Positions 1-9,287 of a DNA stretch of 64,000 bases are shown in pieces. Position 1 is the first letter of the stretch; each line of letters begins with the position of its first letter. The stretch spans positions 93,112-157,111 of the forward strand of contig CAWGNK010000014.1 in the NCBI GenBank assembly GCA_963823945.1, given 5' to 3'. Both the position numbers and the translations under genes were made by a program. The notes beneath the pieces are model-generated. The model had not been told where the DNA came from and did no database searches. It was given only the letters and a program-made list of their open reading frames with translations. The DNA is from an uncultured Acidimicrobiaceae bacterium (lineage in GTDB: Bacteria; Actinomycetota; Acidimicrobiia; Acidimicrobiales; Bog-793).

Positions 1-183
1 TGGCGCCGGCGCCCGTTCCTGCCGCTGCCGGACCGGGACTGGCTGGCATTCCGCATGGAGCTCGCCTACGGCGACGCCGGCGCGGTCCCGCCCGCCGAGG
101 ACCTCGCCGATTACCTGCAATGGGCCCGCGAGATGCGGATGCTGCGGGGCACGTGGCGCCAGGGGCGGGGGGTCGCGCGCTAG
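1..183 (+). CDS. Hypothetical protein, 3' fragment (truncated by window edge)
   Basis: Open frame from base 1 (WRRRPFLPLPDRDWLAFRMELAYGD...) to TAG at 181-183, GC-rich third positions. Confidence 0.65.
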   Translation, partial: WRRRPFLPLPDRDWLAFRMELAYGDAGAVPPAEDLADYLQWAREMRMLRGTWRQGRGVAR

Positions 184-234
184 CCTCGCCGGAGATGGCG
201 GGGAAGGGCCCTTCCGGGCCGCAGGCGGCCTGAC

Positions 235-747
235 GTGGACGGCAGATCACTCGTCCTCAACGCGACCTACGAGCCGATCTGCGTCGTGTCGTCGAGGCGT
301 GCGCTCGTTCTCGTGATCGAGGAGAAGGCCGAGCTCGTGCACGACACGGGCCGGCGCTACCACTCCGAGCGGGTCGCCTTCCCCGAGCCGTCGGTCGTGC
401 GGCTGGCGCACTACGTGCGGCTGCCGCGCACGGCGCGGATCGCCATCACCCGGCGCAGTGTCTTCGCCCGGGACGGCCACCGCTGCCAGTACTGCGGTGG
501 CCAGGCCGAGAACATCGACCATGTCACGCCGCGCAGCCGTGGCGGGGCCCACATCTGGGAGAACGTCGTCGCGGCGTGCCGGCGCTGCAACGCGCTGAAA
601 GAGGACCGGCTGCTCGAGGAGACGGGGTTCACCCTGCACCGCATGCCGCACGCCCCGAGATCGCGCGTCTGGCTGCTCGCCGCGAGCGGGGACGTGCGCG
701 CCGAGTGGGAGCCCTACGTGGCGCCGCTCCTCGAGCGCGCCGGCTAG
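235..747 (+). CDS. HNH endonuclease (actinobacterial McrA-like family)
   Basis: LVLNATYEP N-terminus; RD..RCQYCG...IDHV.PRSRGG.H.WENVVAACRRCN..K HNH/zinc motif. Confidence 0.92.
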   Translation: MDGRSLVLNATYEPICVVSSRRALVLVIEEKAELVHDTGRRYHSERVAFPEPSVVRLAHYVRLPRTARIAITRRSVFARDGHRCQYCGGQAENIDHVTPRSRGGAHIWENVVAACRRCNALKEDRLLEETGFTLHRMPHAPRSRVWLLAASGDVRAEWEPYVAPLLERAG

Positions 748-757
748 CACCGGCGAC

Positions 758-1501
758 GTGCCGGGCCGGTCGCCGCCCTGGCGTGGCGGCTGGCACCTCG
801 TCGAGCGGCACGGCCCCCCGTCGGCGTTCGTCGCCCCGGGGCCCGTCACCGGGGGGAGGGTCGCGCGCCTCGGGCATCCGACCTCGCCCGCCGTCGTCTT
901 GGGGAGCGCGCAGCCGGGCGGGGACTTCGACGCCGGGCGCTGTTCTGAGCTGGGCCTCGAGATCGTGCGCCGCCGCAGCGGCGGTGGCGCCGTCCTCGTC
1001 GTGCCGGGTGCGCAGGTCTGGCTGGACCTCTACGTGCCGGCGGGCGACGAGTTATGGCGAGCCGACCTCATCGCCGCAGCGGCGTGGGTCGGCGAGTTCT
1101 GGCGGGAGGCGCTGCGGGCGACCGGTAATGGGGAGGATCTCGCCGTCCACGCCGGGCGGCTCGTGGCGACGCCGTGGTCGGGCCGCATCTGCTTCGCGGG
1201 GCTCGGTCCCGGCGAGGTGACGGCCGGGCGGCGCAAGGTGACCGGGCTCGCCCAGCGGCGGGACCGTTCCGGGGCCTGGTTCTTCACGATGGCGCTCGTC
1301 CGACCCGAACAGCACCGGCTGGCGAGGCTGCTGGCGGCGGGCGAATCCGCCGAGCTCGAGGCGCAGCTGCGCGCCGGGACCCGGGCCGCGGGCTGCCCCG
1401 CCGCCGCCCTCGAAGAGGCGCTCGCGGGAGGGCTCGGCGGGGTCTGGTCAGCGGGCGAAGACGTGCCAGCCGAGCCACATCCAGCCGAGCGCGAGCACTA
1501 G
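758..1501 (+). CDS. Lipoate-protein ligase A family protein
   Basis: VVLGSAQ, RRRSGGGAV and RKVTGLAQRR motifs of the BPL/LplA catalytic domain. Confidence 0.8.
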   Translation: MPGRSPPWRGGWHLVERHGPPSAFVAPGPVTGGRVARLGHPTSPAVVLGSAQPGGDFDAGRCSELGLEIVRRRSGGGAVLVVPGAQVWLDLYVPAGDELWRADLIAAAAWVGEFWREALRATGNGEDLAVHAGRLVATPWSGRICFAGLGPGEVTAGRRKVTGLAQRRDRSGAWFFTMALVRPEQHRLARLLAAGESAELEAQLRAGTRAAGCPAAALEEALAGGLGGVWSAGEDVPAEPHPAEREH

Positions 1502-1645
1502 CCGTCCGGCCGGCGGACGGGCGAGGCGGCTGAGCGTGGCGCCGACCCCGGCGAGACGACGGGTTGCCACCGCGACGGCCTCGAGGCCGAGGGCGACGAG
1601 CGCGAGCGCGACCCAGACGACGATCGTCGCGAGGCGGTCGCTCAT
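1448..1645 (-). CDS. Small membrane protein (DUF6186-like)
   Basis: 65 aa, two hydrophobic helices, ends GRLVLALGWMWLGWHVFAR; ATG overlaps the upstream stop (ATGA). Confidence 0.7.
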   Translation of the reverse strand: MSDRLATIVVWVALALVALGLEAVAVATRRLAGVGATLSRLARPPAGRLVLALGWMWLGWHVFAR

Positions 1646-2016
1646 CGGCTGACGAGCCAGCCACCGAGGGTGAGCCAGGCGGCGAACAGGAGCCCGCGCG
1701 ACCAGGGTTGCCCGGCGACGGCCGAGACGAAGTAGCTGAGCGTCGGGTGGGCAGCTCGCGGGCCGGCGAGGTAGTTCCAGAGTTCGAAGGCGAGTACCGT
1801 CCCGCCGAGCGCGCCCCAGGTGGCGCCGGCGCGCCATCCCGGGAGCGCCTGCCGGGGGGCGCGGGGCCCGTGTCGAACGGCGGCGAGTTCGGCGGCGAGG
1901 AACGCGCCGATGGCGAGGGCGGTCGCGATCTCGGCGCCGGTCGTGAAGGGGGTGGTGAAGCTCGCCGCGACCGCCAACGCCCCCCCGAGCCCGACGAGTC
2001 CGAGACGGCGCCGCAC
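1642..2016 (-). CDS. Hypothetical membrane protein
   Basis: Hydrophobic 124 aa with ELWNY...PRAAHPTLS motif; GTG start 6 nt after a -10-like CACAAT (leaderless). Confidence 0.7.
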   Translation of the reverse strand: MRRRLGLVGLGGALAVAASFTTPFTTGAEIATALAIGAFLAAELAAVRHGPRAPRQALPGWRAGATWGALGGTVLAFELWNYLAGPRAAHPTLSYFVSAVAGQPWSRGLLFAAWLTLGGWLVSR

Positions 2017-2084
2017 CCGGGCATTGTGCTCGATTGCCCGCCGGGCTGCACCCGCCGGGTGGGGGTCTCGTCGCTGGCGGCGGC

Positions 2085-2858
2085 CTACCCCCCCCAGGAG
2101 TTGGCGGCGACGATGGGCCCGGGGGCGGACAGGGCGTTCACCGCCGCGAGGTTGCGCGCCGTCACGCGGCGCAGGCGGGCGAGTCGCGCCGGCGTCAACC
2201 GCTCGCAGACCCAGTCCCAGTGGAGCGAGACGTCCTCGCCGACGGCCAGATCGCCGAGGATCCCGATGCCGTCCGCCCCCCGGCGGACTTGCTCGAGCCG
2301 GAAACCACCGAGCTCGAGCCGGTCGTCGCGGAACTCGAGCGTGCGGTTCCGCACGATGACAGTGTCGCCGTCGAGGGCCTCCACGCGACCCCAGCGGATG
2401 CGGCAGCGGTCGAGGACGGTGAGGGCGGGACCCTCGGTCCCGGAACGCAGCAGGCCGAGCCACGGGTAGACGCCGAAGACGTGGAAGCTGTGGTGGGCGA
2501 CCCCGCCGAGGGGGACCGCGGTGGCGACGGACTCGAAGTCCCGCCCGGTGCGCCGCGCGAATCGGTGTTCGAGCGAGGCGACGAGCGCCGAGGGCGCCAC
2601 CCGGTCGAGCAGCGAGTTACCGACCCAGTAGGCCTCGACGACGCGCTCGTCGAGGGGGTCGGCGATCCCGTTGCACCCCGCGATCAGCTCGAGATAGGGC
2701 CAGGCACCGTCGAAGCGACTGGCGAGGTGGGTGAGCTCGGCGAGATCGCCCGGTTCGCTCGCCGCGCCGAGCAGCGCGGCGTGGTCCGCTGGGCCGCAGT
2801 AGCCGAGTGCGTTTGGCGGGTAGGCGTACCTGGCGAAAAGGACGGGACCCAGCGTCAC
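2085..2858 (-). CDS. DUF6390-like hydrogenase-associated protein
   Basis: LFARYAYPPNALGYCGP, GAWPYL, VVEAYWVGN, HHSFHVF, LDRCRIRWG, SLHWDWVC; GTGA overlap with upstream gene. Confidence 0.8.
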   Translation of the reverse strand: MTLGPVLFARYAYPPNALGYCGPADHAALLGAASEPGDLAELTHLASRFDGAWPYLELIAGCNGIADPLDERVVEAYWVGNSLLDRVAPSALVASLEHRFARRTGRDFESVATAVPLGGVAHHSFHVFGVYPWLGLLRSGTEGPALTVLDRCRIRWGRVEALDGDTVIVRNRTLEFRDDRLELGGFRLEQVRRGADGIGILGDLAVGEDVSLHWDWVCERLTPARLARLRRVTARNLAAVNALSAPGPIVAANSWGG

Positions 2859-3841
2859 GCGCGGGCGACTCCGGGCCACGACCGCACGACCGCCGCGATG
2901 CCCGCGGCGAGCAGCGCGACGCCGATCAGATCGGTGGCGACGCCGGTGTTGGCGCCGAGCCCGGTGTGGTGGACGACGGCGTTCAGGGCGAGCGTGACCG
3001 CCGCCGAGGCGACGAGGACCGAGGTGACGTCGATGGCGCGCGCCCTCGAAAGAGCGGTCATCCAGGTGCCGACGTAGCCGCCCAGCAGACAGCCGGTGAG
3101 GAGCGCCCAACCCAGCCCGCCGAGCCCGAGCCCGACGAGCTCGTGGAACTGGCCGGTCACGGCGAGGTAGCCGAGCAGGACGACCGCCCCGCCGCCCATC
3201 CGCACGAGCGCCAGCGACGCCGGGGAGACGCCGGAAAGGAGCCGTTTGGCGATCACCGTCTCGACCGCCCACAGGAGCGTCGCGCCGAGCACGAGGGCGT
3301 TGCCCGAATTGACGGCGAGATGGCCGGCGCCACCCCAGGCCACCGTGATGCCGACGACGAGCAGGGCGATCGCGGCGAGGTTCCAGCGCCCGACCTTCTC
3401 GCCGAGCAGCGGGAGCGCGGCGAGGGCGACCCAGATGACGAGCGTGTCGTGCAGGAACGTGCCGGAGATTGACGTCGTGCGGGCGAGGCCGTCGAAGAAC
3501 AGGATGAAGGCTGCCCCGCCCCCGATGGCGGCGACGTAGGCGAGCCCAACGGCGCGCGAGAAGCCCCGGAGGGGACGCGCCGTGCTCGGCGCGGCGGCCT
3601 GCGGCGCCGATCCCCGCGCGGGCGACCGGCGGCCCGACACCAGCCAGGCGACGGCGACGAAGGCGGCGATGACGAGCGCCGCGGCGATGTTCTTCGCCGT
3701 CGTGTAGACGGCCGGCGAGCTAAAGCTCTTCACGCCGTAACTGTTGACGAAGACAGAGATGCCGCTGATGATCGCCGTGGCGCCGGCGACGTAGAGACCC
3801 GGCAGGCGGGTCTTGTTCTCTGTCCTGGACGAGGTGGCCAT
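2855..3841 (-). CDS. DMT/EamA family transporter
   Basis: About 10 hydrophobic segments in two EamA-like halves (LLGEK loop); GGAG RBS before ATG at 3841. Confidence 0.85.
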   Translation of the reverse strand: MATSSRTENKTRLPGLYVAGATAIISGISVFVNSYGVKSFSSPAVYTTAKNIAAALVIAAFVAVAWLVSGRRSPARGSAPQAAAPSTARPLRGFSRAVGLAYVAAIGGGAAFILFFDGLARTTSISGTFLHDTLVIWVALAALPLLGEKVGRWNLAAIALLVVGITVAWGGAGHLAVNSGNALVLGATLLWAVETVIAKRLLSGVSPASLALVRMGGGAVVLLGYLAVTGQFHELVGLGLGGLGWALLTGCLLGGYVGTWMTALSRARAIDVTSVLVASAAVTLALNAVVHHTGLGANTGVATDLIGVALLAAGIAAVVRSWPGVARA

Positions 3842-3849
3842 TTCTGCTC

Positions 3850-4098
3850 CTAGTTTGGACTGCTGTTGGAATCCTTGCCCGTGCCCGCCCGGTACTCGGC
3901 GAGAATCGCCTCGGCCTCCGCCCGATCGGCGGGGCCGAGGGCGTAGCCGCTGTGCGCGACGACCCAGTCGCCGGGCTGCAGGGGCTCGCCCTCGTAGGCG
4001 AGCAACGACAGCTGGTGCGCGCTCCCGTCGATGTCTGCGGCGACGACCGTGGCATCGTCGGCGACCGAGACGATCCGGTGGAGGCGGCTCATGCACAC
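3850..4098 (-). CDS. hypC: HypC/HybG/HupF-like hydrogenase chaperone (divergent)
   Basis: N-terminal M-C; GDWVVAHSGYAL resembles HypC GDWVLVHVGFAL; 82 aa; inside hydrogenase operon. Confidence 0.75.
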   Translation of the reverse strand: MCMSRLHRIVSVADDATVVAADIDGSAHQLSLLAYEGEPLQPGDWVVAHSGYALGPADRAEAEAILAEYRAGTGKDSNSSPN

Positions 4099-4111
4099 GG
4101 TCGGTCGCCTC

Positions 4112-4558
4112 TCATGACTCCGTGGCGATGAGATCGGCGATGCACCGGGCGGCGCGTGGGACGGCGTCCTCGACGGCGGGGGAGAGCCCCGTCCCGTCGG
4201 AGAAGTCCTCCCCTTCGATGCCGACGATGACGACGCGGTCCGGCGCGGCCTTCAGCACCTGGGCGAGGCGGACGACGCGGTCGAGGCCGATGGCGTGCGT
4301 GCTCGGGCTCGCCGGCCGGTCGGCGGCGTGCCAGTCGACGAGGCGCACCGTCCCCGGGGCCGCGTCCGAGCGGGTCGCGTCGACGAGCACCGCCAGTTCG
4401 GCGGACTCCCAGCGGCCCAGCAGGTCGAGGGGCTCGCCGATCGGGCCGATGTCGACCGCCGGGGTCGAGGCGGCGACGAGCCGGGCGACCGCCGGTCCCG
4501 CCCCGTCGTCACGGCGGAAGTCGTTGCCGATCCCGGCGACGACGACGCGAGAGGTCAC
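4112..4558 (-). CDS. Hydrogenase maturation endopeptidase
   Basis: GIGNDFRRDDGAG, LVDA and STH motifs; GTGA overlap with large subunit gene. Confidence 0.92.
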   Translation of the reverse strand: MTSRVVVAGIGNDFRRDDGAGPAVARLVAASTPAVDIGPIGEPLDLLGRWESAELAVLVDATRSDAAPGTVRLVDWHAADRPASPSTHAIGLDRVVRLAQVLKAAPDRVVIVGIEGEDFSDGTGLSPAVEDAVPRAARCIADLIATES

Positions 4559-5862
4559 GAGCGGTCGATCGACACGTCGAGGAAGTGGGCCGCGCACGAG
4601 ATGCACGGGTCGTGGTTGCGGACGGCGAGCTCGCAACGGGCCGTCAGCTCGGCGTCGCTCAGGTCCAGGCCCGCCTCGACAACCTGGCGGACGTCGGACT
4701 CGATCGAGAGCTGGTTCTGGGAGGTCGGCGGCATGATGCGCGCCGACTTGATCGTCCCGTCGGCCGCGAGCTCGTAGCGCTGCAGGAGCATGCCCCGCGG
4801 CGCCTCGGTCGCCCCCGCGCCGGCGCGCGCCGCCGGTGGGACCGGGACGGCCGCCGGCTCGAACGGCTCGTACTCCTCGGCGAGGCGGAGCGCCTCGTCA
4901 CAGGCGAAGTAGAGCTCGACGGCGCGGACGATCACGCTCTTGAACGGGTTCCGGCACACCGGGCCGAGCCCCGCCTCGGCGGCCGCGTCGCGGGCGGCCT
5001 GCGGCAGTTTCGCCTGGTTCAGCGCGTACCGGGCGAGGGGCCCGGTGAGGTACGGGTCGCGCCCCCGCAGGCGGGCGTGCAGGGCCGAGGAGCGCTGGAC
5101 GTGCTCCTCGACCGAGAGGGCGGCGAACTCCATCGGCGTGGCGTCGATCCCGTCGGAGGACACGATGCGCCCCGCCTCGATGGCGTAGTGGTCGGGGTGT
5201 GACAGGGCGACGAAGCGGTAGTCCGCCTCGATGTCGGGGAAGTCGAACCCGGCGACGAACGAGATCGTCTCGAGCGACTCCTCACGGGCCCTCTTCAGCG
5301 GCTCGATGAACGCCGCGATCTCCTCGCGGCTGGGCGCCCGGTAGAAGCCGCCGATGCGCACGTTGACCGGGTGGATCGCCCGGCCGCCGACCGCCTCCAT
5401 GAGGTGGTTGCCGACCTTCTTGATCCGCAGTCCCCGTTCGACCGCCGCCGGGTTGAGACCGGCGAGCTCGACGGCATCCCGGCAGCCGAAGAAGTCGGGG
5501 GCGTGGAGCAGGTAGATGTGGAGCGCATGGCTCTGGATCCACTCGCCGCAGTACAGAAGGCGCCGCAGCTTGCCGACCTCGGCGGGGACTTCGACGCCGC
5601 AGGCGTCCTCGATCGCCGCGCAGGCGGACATCTGGTAGGCGACGGGGCAGATCCCGCAGATCCTCGCCGTGATGTCCGGCGGCTCCTCGTGGCCGCGACC
5701 GACGAGGAAGGCCTCGAAAAAGCGCGGTGGCTCGAAGATCTCGAGCTCGACGCGTTCGAGCACCCCGTCGCGCAACGCGACGTGCAGCGACCCCTCCCCT
5801 TCGACACGGGCGAGCCCGTGGACGTCGATCGCGCGGTTCGTACCCTGTGCGCTAGGCGTCAT
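4555..5862 (-). CDS. hyhL: Group 3b [NiFe]-hydrogenase large (alpha) subunit
   Basis: ARVEGEG, L1 RICGICP, EAPRG, L2 DPCISCAAH with cleavable C-terminal tail. Confidence 0.95.
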   Translation of the reverse strand: MTPSAQGTNRAIDVHGLARVEGEGSLHVALRDGVLERVELEIFEPPRFFEAFLVGRGHEEPPDITARICGICPVAYQMSACAAIEDACGVEVPAEVGKLRRLLYCGEWIQSHALHIYLLHAPDFFGCRDAVELAGLNPAAVERGLRIKKVGNHLMEAVGGRAIHPVNVRIGGFYRAPSREEIAAFIEPLKRAREESLETISFVAGFDFPDIEADYRFVALSHPDHYAIEAGRIVSSDGIDATPMEFAALSVEEHVQRSSALHARLRGRDPYLTGPLARYALNQAKLPQAARDAAAEAGLGPVCRNPFKSVIVRAVELYFACDEALRLAEEYEPFEPAAVPVPPAARAGAGATEAPRGMLLQRYELAADGTIKSARIMPPTSQNQLSIESDVRQVVEAGLDLSDAELTARCELAVRNHDPCISCAAHFLDVSIDRS

Positions 5863-6625
5863 GCTCGAGACTCTCCTTTGAGAACTCGGTTGCGGCGGAG
5901 TTGAACGTCCGAAACAGCCGCGAGATCCCTCGTTCGGACGTGCCGAGCCCGGTGAGCCGTCTCGCGAGCGAGGCGGTGTTCGTGGTGTCCGCCGGCCCGA
6001 AGCAGCCGTAGCAGCCGCGGTTGACGGCGGGGCAGAGGGCCCCGCAGCCCGCCCGCGTCACGGGCCCGAGGCAGGGCGTCCCGTGGGCGACGAGGACGCA
6101 GAGGTTGCCGGCCATCTTGCACTCCTCGCAGACGCTGTAACCCGGGATCACCGGGCGGCGGCCCGCCAGGAGCGCCGTGACGACCTCGACGATCTGGTAG
6201 CGGTTGATCGGGCAGCCGCGCAGCTCGAAGTCGACCTTGACGTAGGACGAGATCGGGCTGGACTCGGCGAGGGTCGAGATGTACTCGGGGTGGGCGTAGA
6301 CGGTCGAGGTGTACTCGCCGACGTCGGCGTAGTTGCGGAGCGCCTGGATGCCGCCCGCCGTCGCGCAGGCGCCGATGGTGACGAGGAGGCCGGACGCCTC
6401 GCGTACGGCGAGGATCCGGTCGGCGTCGTCGGGGGTCGTGATCGAGCCCTCGACGAGCGAGACGTCGTAGGGCCCGTCGATGACGGCGCTCGTCATCTCG
6501 GTGAAGCTCGCGACCTGGACGGCGCCCACGAGAGCGAGCAGTTCGTCCTCGAGGTCGAGGATGCCGAGCTGGCAGCCGTCACAGGAGGCGAACTTCCAAA
6601 CGGCCAGTGTCGGTCGCATCGTCAT
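5852..6625 (-). CDS. hyhS: Group 3b [NiFe]-hydrogenase small (delta) subunit
   Basis: [40 protein letters not shown]...RGCYGCFGP. Confidence 0.93.
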   Translation of the reverse strand: MTMRPTLAVWKFASCDGCQLGILDLEDELLALVGAVQVASFTEMTSAVIDGPYDVSLVEGSITTPDDADRILAVREASGLLVTIGACATAGGIQALRNYADVGEYTSTVYAHPEYISTLAESSPISSYVKVDFELRGCPINRYQIVEVVTALLAGRRPVIPGYSVCEECKMAGNLCVLVAHGTPCLGPVTRAGCGALCPAVNRGCYGCFGPADTTNTASLARRLTGLGTSERGISRLFRTFNSAATEFSKESLEHDA

Positions 6626-7470
6626 CTCTCGATCTCCGTGATCAGCTCCGCCGCGAGCGGCGCGTAGGGCACGACAGGCCCGTCCCGGCACAAAAGAAAC
6701 GGTCCGAGCTGGCAGTGCCCGCAGAGTGCGATCCCGCACTGCATGTTGCGCTCGAGCGAGACCCGGATGTTCTCCGGCGAGACGCCGAGGTCGATGAGCG
6801 AACGCGCGCTGAAGCGCATCATGATCTCGGGCCCGCAGACGAGTGCGACCGCCCCGGCGCCGTCGAAGGGCAGCTCGGTGAGGATCTGGGTCACGACGCC
6901 GACGTGGCCCTTCCAGTCGGCGTCGGCGACGTCGACGGTCACCTCGACGTCGACGCCCATCTCCCGCCAGCGTTCCATCTCCTCGGGGAAGACGATCTGG
7001 TCCGGCAGGCGGGCGCCGACGCGCAGCACGACCTTGCGGTCGGGCGCGGGGTTCTCGGCGAGGTAGCGCATCGCGCCGCGCAAGGGCGCCAGGCCGATGC
7101 CGCCGACGACGACGACGACGTTGTGGCCGGCCAGGCTCTCGAGGCCCCAGTCCGTGCCGAACGGGCCACGCAGACCGACGACGGTGCCGATCTCGGACGA
7201 GGCGAGCGCGTGGCTCACCGCACCGACGTCGCGCACCGTGTGCTCGATGGGGCCCGGCGCACCCGGCGCCGAGCTGATCGAGATGGCGACCTCGCCGACC
7301 CCGAAGGCGGTCAGCATGTTGAACTGCCCCGCCTTGTAGGGCGCGATCGGACGGTCGACCGGCTCGAGCCACAGCGTGGTGATGTCCGAGGTCTCGGTCT
7401 TGCGGTCGACGACCCGGTAGCGGGAGGGGACGAACGGCCCCGGCGACGCGTGCTCGGGGCTAGTCATCAA
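6622..7470 (-). CDS. hyhG: Group 3b hydrogenase gamma subunit (FAD/NAD(P)-binding, 2Fe-2S)
   Basis: [42 protein letters not shown]...CRDGPV. Confidence 0.93.
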   Translation of the reverse strand: MMTSPEHASPGPFVPSRYRVVDRKTETSDITTLWLEPVDRPIAPYKAGQFNMLTAFGVGEVAISISSAPGAPGPIEHTVRDVGAVSHALASSEIGTVVGLRGPFGTDWGLESLAGHNVVVVVGGIGLAPLRGAMRYLAENPAPDRKVVLRVGARLPDQIVFPEEMERWREMGVDVEVTVDVADADWKGHVGVVTQILTELPFDGAGAVALVCGPEIMMRFSARSLIDLGVSPENIRVSLERNMQCGIALCGHCQLGPFLLCRDGPVVPYAPLAAELITEIER

Positions 7471-7927
7471 GGCTGTGCCCGTACAGGTCGAGGAGCCGGA
7501 CGCGGGTCGACTGCAGCCGGCTCAGCAGCACGCCGCTGATGCGCTGCAGCAATGCGTAGCCGAAGACGGAATCGGCGTCGGCCTTGGCCCGCAGGCACGT
7601 GCCGTCGATCGCGACGGCGCCGACCGGGTCGATCGCCACGCCGTCGAACTGCCAGCGGTAGGGCGGCACGAGCCAGGACCAGCCCAGCACGCTGTTCGGG
7701 CCGATGGTCTCGATGACGAGCGGCTTGCCCGAGGGGCGCTGCACCTGCAGGGCGACCCGCCCGCGGCGCAGAAGGTACAGCGTGTCGGCCGGCTCGCCTT
7801 CGACGAGGATGCGCGCCCCGGGTTCGAAGGTGACGTTCTGCGCGCAGCCGACGGCGAGCTGGATCGTCGAGTCCGGCAGACCGGCGAACAACGAGTTCTT
7901 GGCGATGAGTTCACTCATCTCTTCCAT
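7460..7927 (-). CDS. Stand-alone cyclic nucleotide-binding domain protein
   Basis: F.PG..I..EGEPADTLYLL..G.V; GWSWLVPPYRW; 155 aa with no C-terminal HTH. Confidence 0.85.
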   Translation of the reverse strand: MEEMSELIAKNSLFAGLPDSTIQLAVGCAQNVTFEPGARILVEGEPADTLYLLRRGRVALQVQRPSGKPLVIETIGPNSVLGWSWLVPPYRWQFDGVAIDPVGAVAIDGTCLRAKADADSVFGYALLQRISGVLLSRLQSTRVRLLDLYGHSLDD

Positions 7928-7932
7928 GACGC

Positions 7933-9084
7933 CTACCTGTCCCGAACCGCGGTGGGTTCGTTCGTCTTGACCGCGCCGTCGCTTGCCGCGATCGCCGCGC
8001 ACTCCTCGGTGATGTCGATACCCGCCGGACACCACGTGATGCAGCGCCCACAGCCGACGCAGCCCGAGTTCCCGAACTGGTCGACCCAGGTCGAAAGCTT
8101 GTGCGTCATCCACTGGCGGTACCGGGAGCGTGTCGACACGCGCACCGAGCCGCCGTGGAGGTAGGAGTGGGCGAGGTCGAAGCAGGTGTCCCAGCGCCGG
8201 GTCTGCTCGACCGTGCCGGCGAGGTCCGTCTTCTCCTCGACGGCGGCGCAGAAGCAGGTCGGGCACACGAGCGTGCAGTTGCCGCAGGCGAGGCAACGCC
8301 CGGCGACGTCGTCCCAGCGGGGGTGCTCGAGGTTGCGGGCGAGCAGTCCCGGTGCCGCGTCGGCGTCGAGCGTCCGGCTGATCGCCGCCACCGCCTGGCC
8401 GAGGACCTCGTCACGGGCCCGGTGGTCGTCGGCCGTGGCGGGCCGGGAGGCGACGCCGGAGAGCACGGCCGCGCCTCGCTCGGAACCCACCCGCACGAGG
8501 AAGCGCCCGGCGGGACCGGCGAGCTCCGTCAGGGCGAGGTCGAAGTCCGCCTCCGCCCCGGGGCCGCTGCCCATCGAGGTGCAAAAGCACGTCGACGCCG
8601 GCCGGCCACACTCGACGGTGACGACGAAGGCGGTCCCGCGCCGGCGCGTGAAGACGGGGTCGGGACTCGCCGCCCCGGCGAGCACCCCGCCGAGGACTCG
8701 CAGCGCCGCGACCTCGCAGGGACGGGCCCCGAAGAAGGCCTCGGGCGCGGCGTCGTCGACGGGGGCTTCGACTTGACGCTCCTGGCCGTCGGTTCGGGCC
8801 CGCCAGAGCACCGCCCGGGAGGGGAAAACGGACTGCTTGAACGACTCGGGTCCGACCGCCCATCCGAACATCTCACCGTCGTCGCCGTGGCTCAGCCGGT
8901 ACGAACCCGGCTCCTGCCAGTCGTGCCAGCCGACCGGGAGCTGCTCGGCAGCCCGGATCTCGCGATGGACGATGGCACCGTTGGCGACAACCGGGCCCAT
9001 GACACGGAAGCCCTGGGCCCGAAGCGACGTGATGAGCGAGTCGACCCCGTTCGCATCGATGACGACAGCGTCGGGGGAAGGCAC
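7933..9084 (-). CDS. hyhB: Group 3b hydrogenase beta subunit (AsrA-like 4Fe-4S dicluster)
   Basis: CLACGNCTLVCPTCFC and GCVGCGRCITWCP; RYRQWMTHKL. Confidence 0.92.
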   Translation of the reverse strand: MPSPDAVVIDANGVDSLITSLRAQGFRVMGPVVANGAIVHREIRAAEQLPVGWHDWQEPGSYRLSHGDDGEMFGWAVGPESFKQSVFPSRAVLWRARTDGQERQVEAPVDDAAPEAFFGARPCEVAALRVLGGVLAGAASPDPVFTRRRGTAFVVTVECGRPASTCFCTSMGSGPGAEADFDLALTELAGPAGRFLVRVGSERGAAVLSGVASRPATADDHRARDEVLGQAVAAISRTLDADAAPGLLARNLEHPRWDDVAGRCLACGNCTLVCPTCFCAAVEEKTDLAGTVEQTRRWDTCFDLAHSYLHGGSVRVSTRSRYRQWMTHKLSTWVDQFGNSGCVGCGRCITWCPAGIDITEECAAIAASDGAVKTNEPTAVRDR

Positions 9085-9090
9085 GCCGAC

Positions 9091-9215
9091 ACGTTAGGGC
9101 GCCGCCTCGCCGGGTGGAAGGGCCGGTCGACCCATTTGCGGCACAGTTTGCGGGCCAAAGACCGGGGGGCTTGTGACCATCGACCCTGGAGGGCAGGGCG
9201 GTCCGACGCGACCAT
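9091..9215. promoter_or_regulatory. Divergent promoters with three DosR/DevR-like boxes
   Basis: Boxes GGGCCGGTCGACCC (9120-9133), CGGGCCAAAGACCG (9151-9164), GTGACCATCGACCC (9173-9186); -10-like TAACGT (minus, 9096-9091) and GACCAT (plus, 9210-9215). Confidence 0.6.
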
Positions 9216-9287
9216 CAGAGCAGCGAGTGACCAGGCCGTGGGCGGGTGCTCGGTGAAGCGTCCGGTGGACGGACAGCGAGGCTGGCG

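Noticed and set aside
235-747. HNH nuclease as part of a defence or mobile system
   Set aside because: Resembles the common stand-alone actinobacterial HNH family; no methylase, cas, repeat array or transposon ends nearby
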